DNA from: Ylistrum balloti
Lineage: Eukaryota
Reading direction: 5' to 3'
NCBI RefSeq assembly: GCF_031769215.1
Contig: NW_026782303.1
Coordinates: 310,001 to 374,000, forward strand
DNA length: 64,000 bases
The notes under the pieces were generated by a model, which searched no databases, was not told the DNA's origin, and saw only the letters and a program-made list of their open reading frames with translations. Within the stretch, counting starts at the first letter, position 1. Each line of letters begins with the position of its first letter. A program made the translations under genes and the position numbers. This document shows, in pieces, positions 63,001 through 64,000 of the stretch.

Positions 63001-63568
63001 CTAGATGTGATGGTTTAGAGCTGATATTCTGCAATTTCATGGAAGAACATTTTTGTTTTCAGAATGTCAGCCAGCAGCGGAGATAGATTCATCTTGTGCA
63101 CATACTAGTATTTTATCTGTATTTGATATCTCATACAGACTAGATTGATTATCTTTTTTTATTTCGAATTCTTCTATTCAACTCATTTTAGACTCTGTGC
63201 ACTGACTTTATGCATCCAAGAGACATTTCCTGTACCAGCATTGTTTTTTTCACATTTATTGAATGTGGTGTAAATGTGCCTTATAGAATGGACGTAACAG
63301 AAAATTCAAGTGCTGGGTTGCTCAAGATTCCTCTGTCTCATGTGAGAAAAGGAGAAAATTCCAAACCAGTGGTACATTGCTTATGCTTATATTGATTTTT
63401 GTAGGTGATTTACCTGAACTAGATGAGGAAGATCTTTGGGTTCCAGAGCCTGTGGATTCCGTTTCATTTCCATCCAGTGTAGACCTTTGTGAGATATCAT
63501 TACCCTTGGACGATTCCTTGGATATCCTTCCAAATGTTGGACAGCTCAGAATACATGAGACACCTTGA
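60097..63568 (+). CDS. PTTG1: Securin (PTTG1-like, separase inhibitor), ~248 aa, 5 coding exons
   Basis: Exons 60097-60199 (MASMTFMPYVDKENAG, KEN box as in vertebrate YVDKEN), 60989-61185 (TPRKALGDVSN, D-box), 61774-61855 (HYDEIEHIHIP), 62695-62895 (DDDFEDIWP..) and 63405-63568 (DLPELDEEDLW..ETP*). GT-AG introns with consistent phases; the last junction is less certain. Confidence 0.85.
60415..60610 (+). repeat. Copy of dispersed repeat family R2 in a securin intron
   Basis: Collinear with 42060-42250, ending GTGGAGGTGCAGCAGCCCCATA. Confidence 0.75.
61357..61621. mobile_element. Probable degenerate MITE (CTGT-type termini) in a securin intron
   Basis: Left end tactgtaaaaacctatatttttgttgg resembles the 43603 MITE end; the right end tccacaataattaatgatcttgcagaata is only loosely complementary. 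Confidence 0.35.
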
Positions 63569-64000
63569 GTTGGCACTATTCTGATGCATTTGTAGACTTT
63601 TATTGTGAATTTCTAAGTCAGATAGGTTTTCAGGAGCCAGACACAATACATCGATCTGTTCTATGGAATTTTATTTCCAAGTTTTTCTACCAAATACGGA
63701 AAACAAATTTCACCATTAGTACACTAAAATACAGAAAAAAATGTAACACATGTATACTATCCCATTCAGGAAATCATAGAAACCATAAAATGTAATTTAA
63801 ATGTTATGATCTAATATCTACGACTGTTGAATTGGTCAAAAATTTAAGTTGTATTTTTTTATATATAGTTAAACAATAGTCAGTCATTTGTTTGGCTGTA
63901 GATGACAACCTCTTGATTCCAATCGCTTAGACTTAGTACTTTTTCTAGGCTTATGTGATCCTTTTTTATTCAAAGATAGATGTAATGTTGATCCTTATGA

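Noticed and set aside
63063-63108. Candidate extra securin exon (ECQPAAEIDSSCAHT)
   Set aside because: Splicing from the 62895 donor creates an immediate TAA. It is possible only as an alternative exon, which cannot be supported without transcripts.

Overview
AT-rich, intron-containing animal genomic DNA; the gene content and repeat style suggest a lophotrochozoan, probably a bivalve mollusc (inference). Three host genes can be reconstructed. (1) A complete 10-coding-exon minus-strand gene (30508..22547, 757 aa): signal peptide, IgGFc-binding N-terminal domain, two Asp-rich MopE-like metal-binding motifs, 3x TSP1, LDLa and a GPI-type tail. (2) An intronless GT31 beta-1,3-galactosyltransferase-like gene (45423..46832). 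(3) A securin/PTTG1-like gene (60097..63568) with KEN box, D-box and a CCAAT/CHR/Myb-type promoter. A probable terminal exon of an upstream gene lies at 33..185. Mobile DNA includes a dead DD34D mariner, a decayed Gypsy LTR element (tRNA-Leu PBS) nested in a dispersed repeat, a decayed L1/Tx1-like LINE, tRNA-derived SINEs and several MITEs. There is also a hierarchical 36-bp minisatellite of about 4 kb. The most striking observation is at 51995..52533: 12 head-to-tail 45-bp units, each essentially nothing but a hammerhead ribozyme (CATCA-CTGACGA-GTCC-TAGAA-GGAC-GAAAC-AGCT-GTA/TGATG). All calls come from manual reading; no database searches or folding programs were run.
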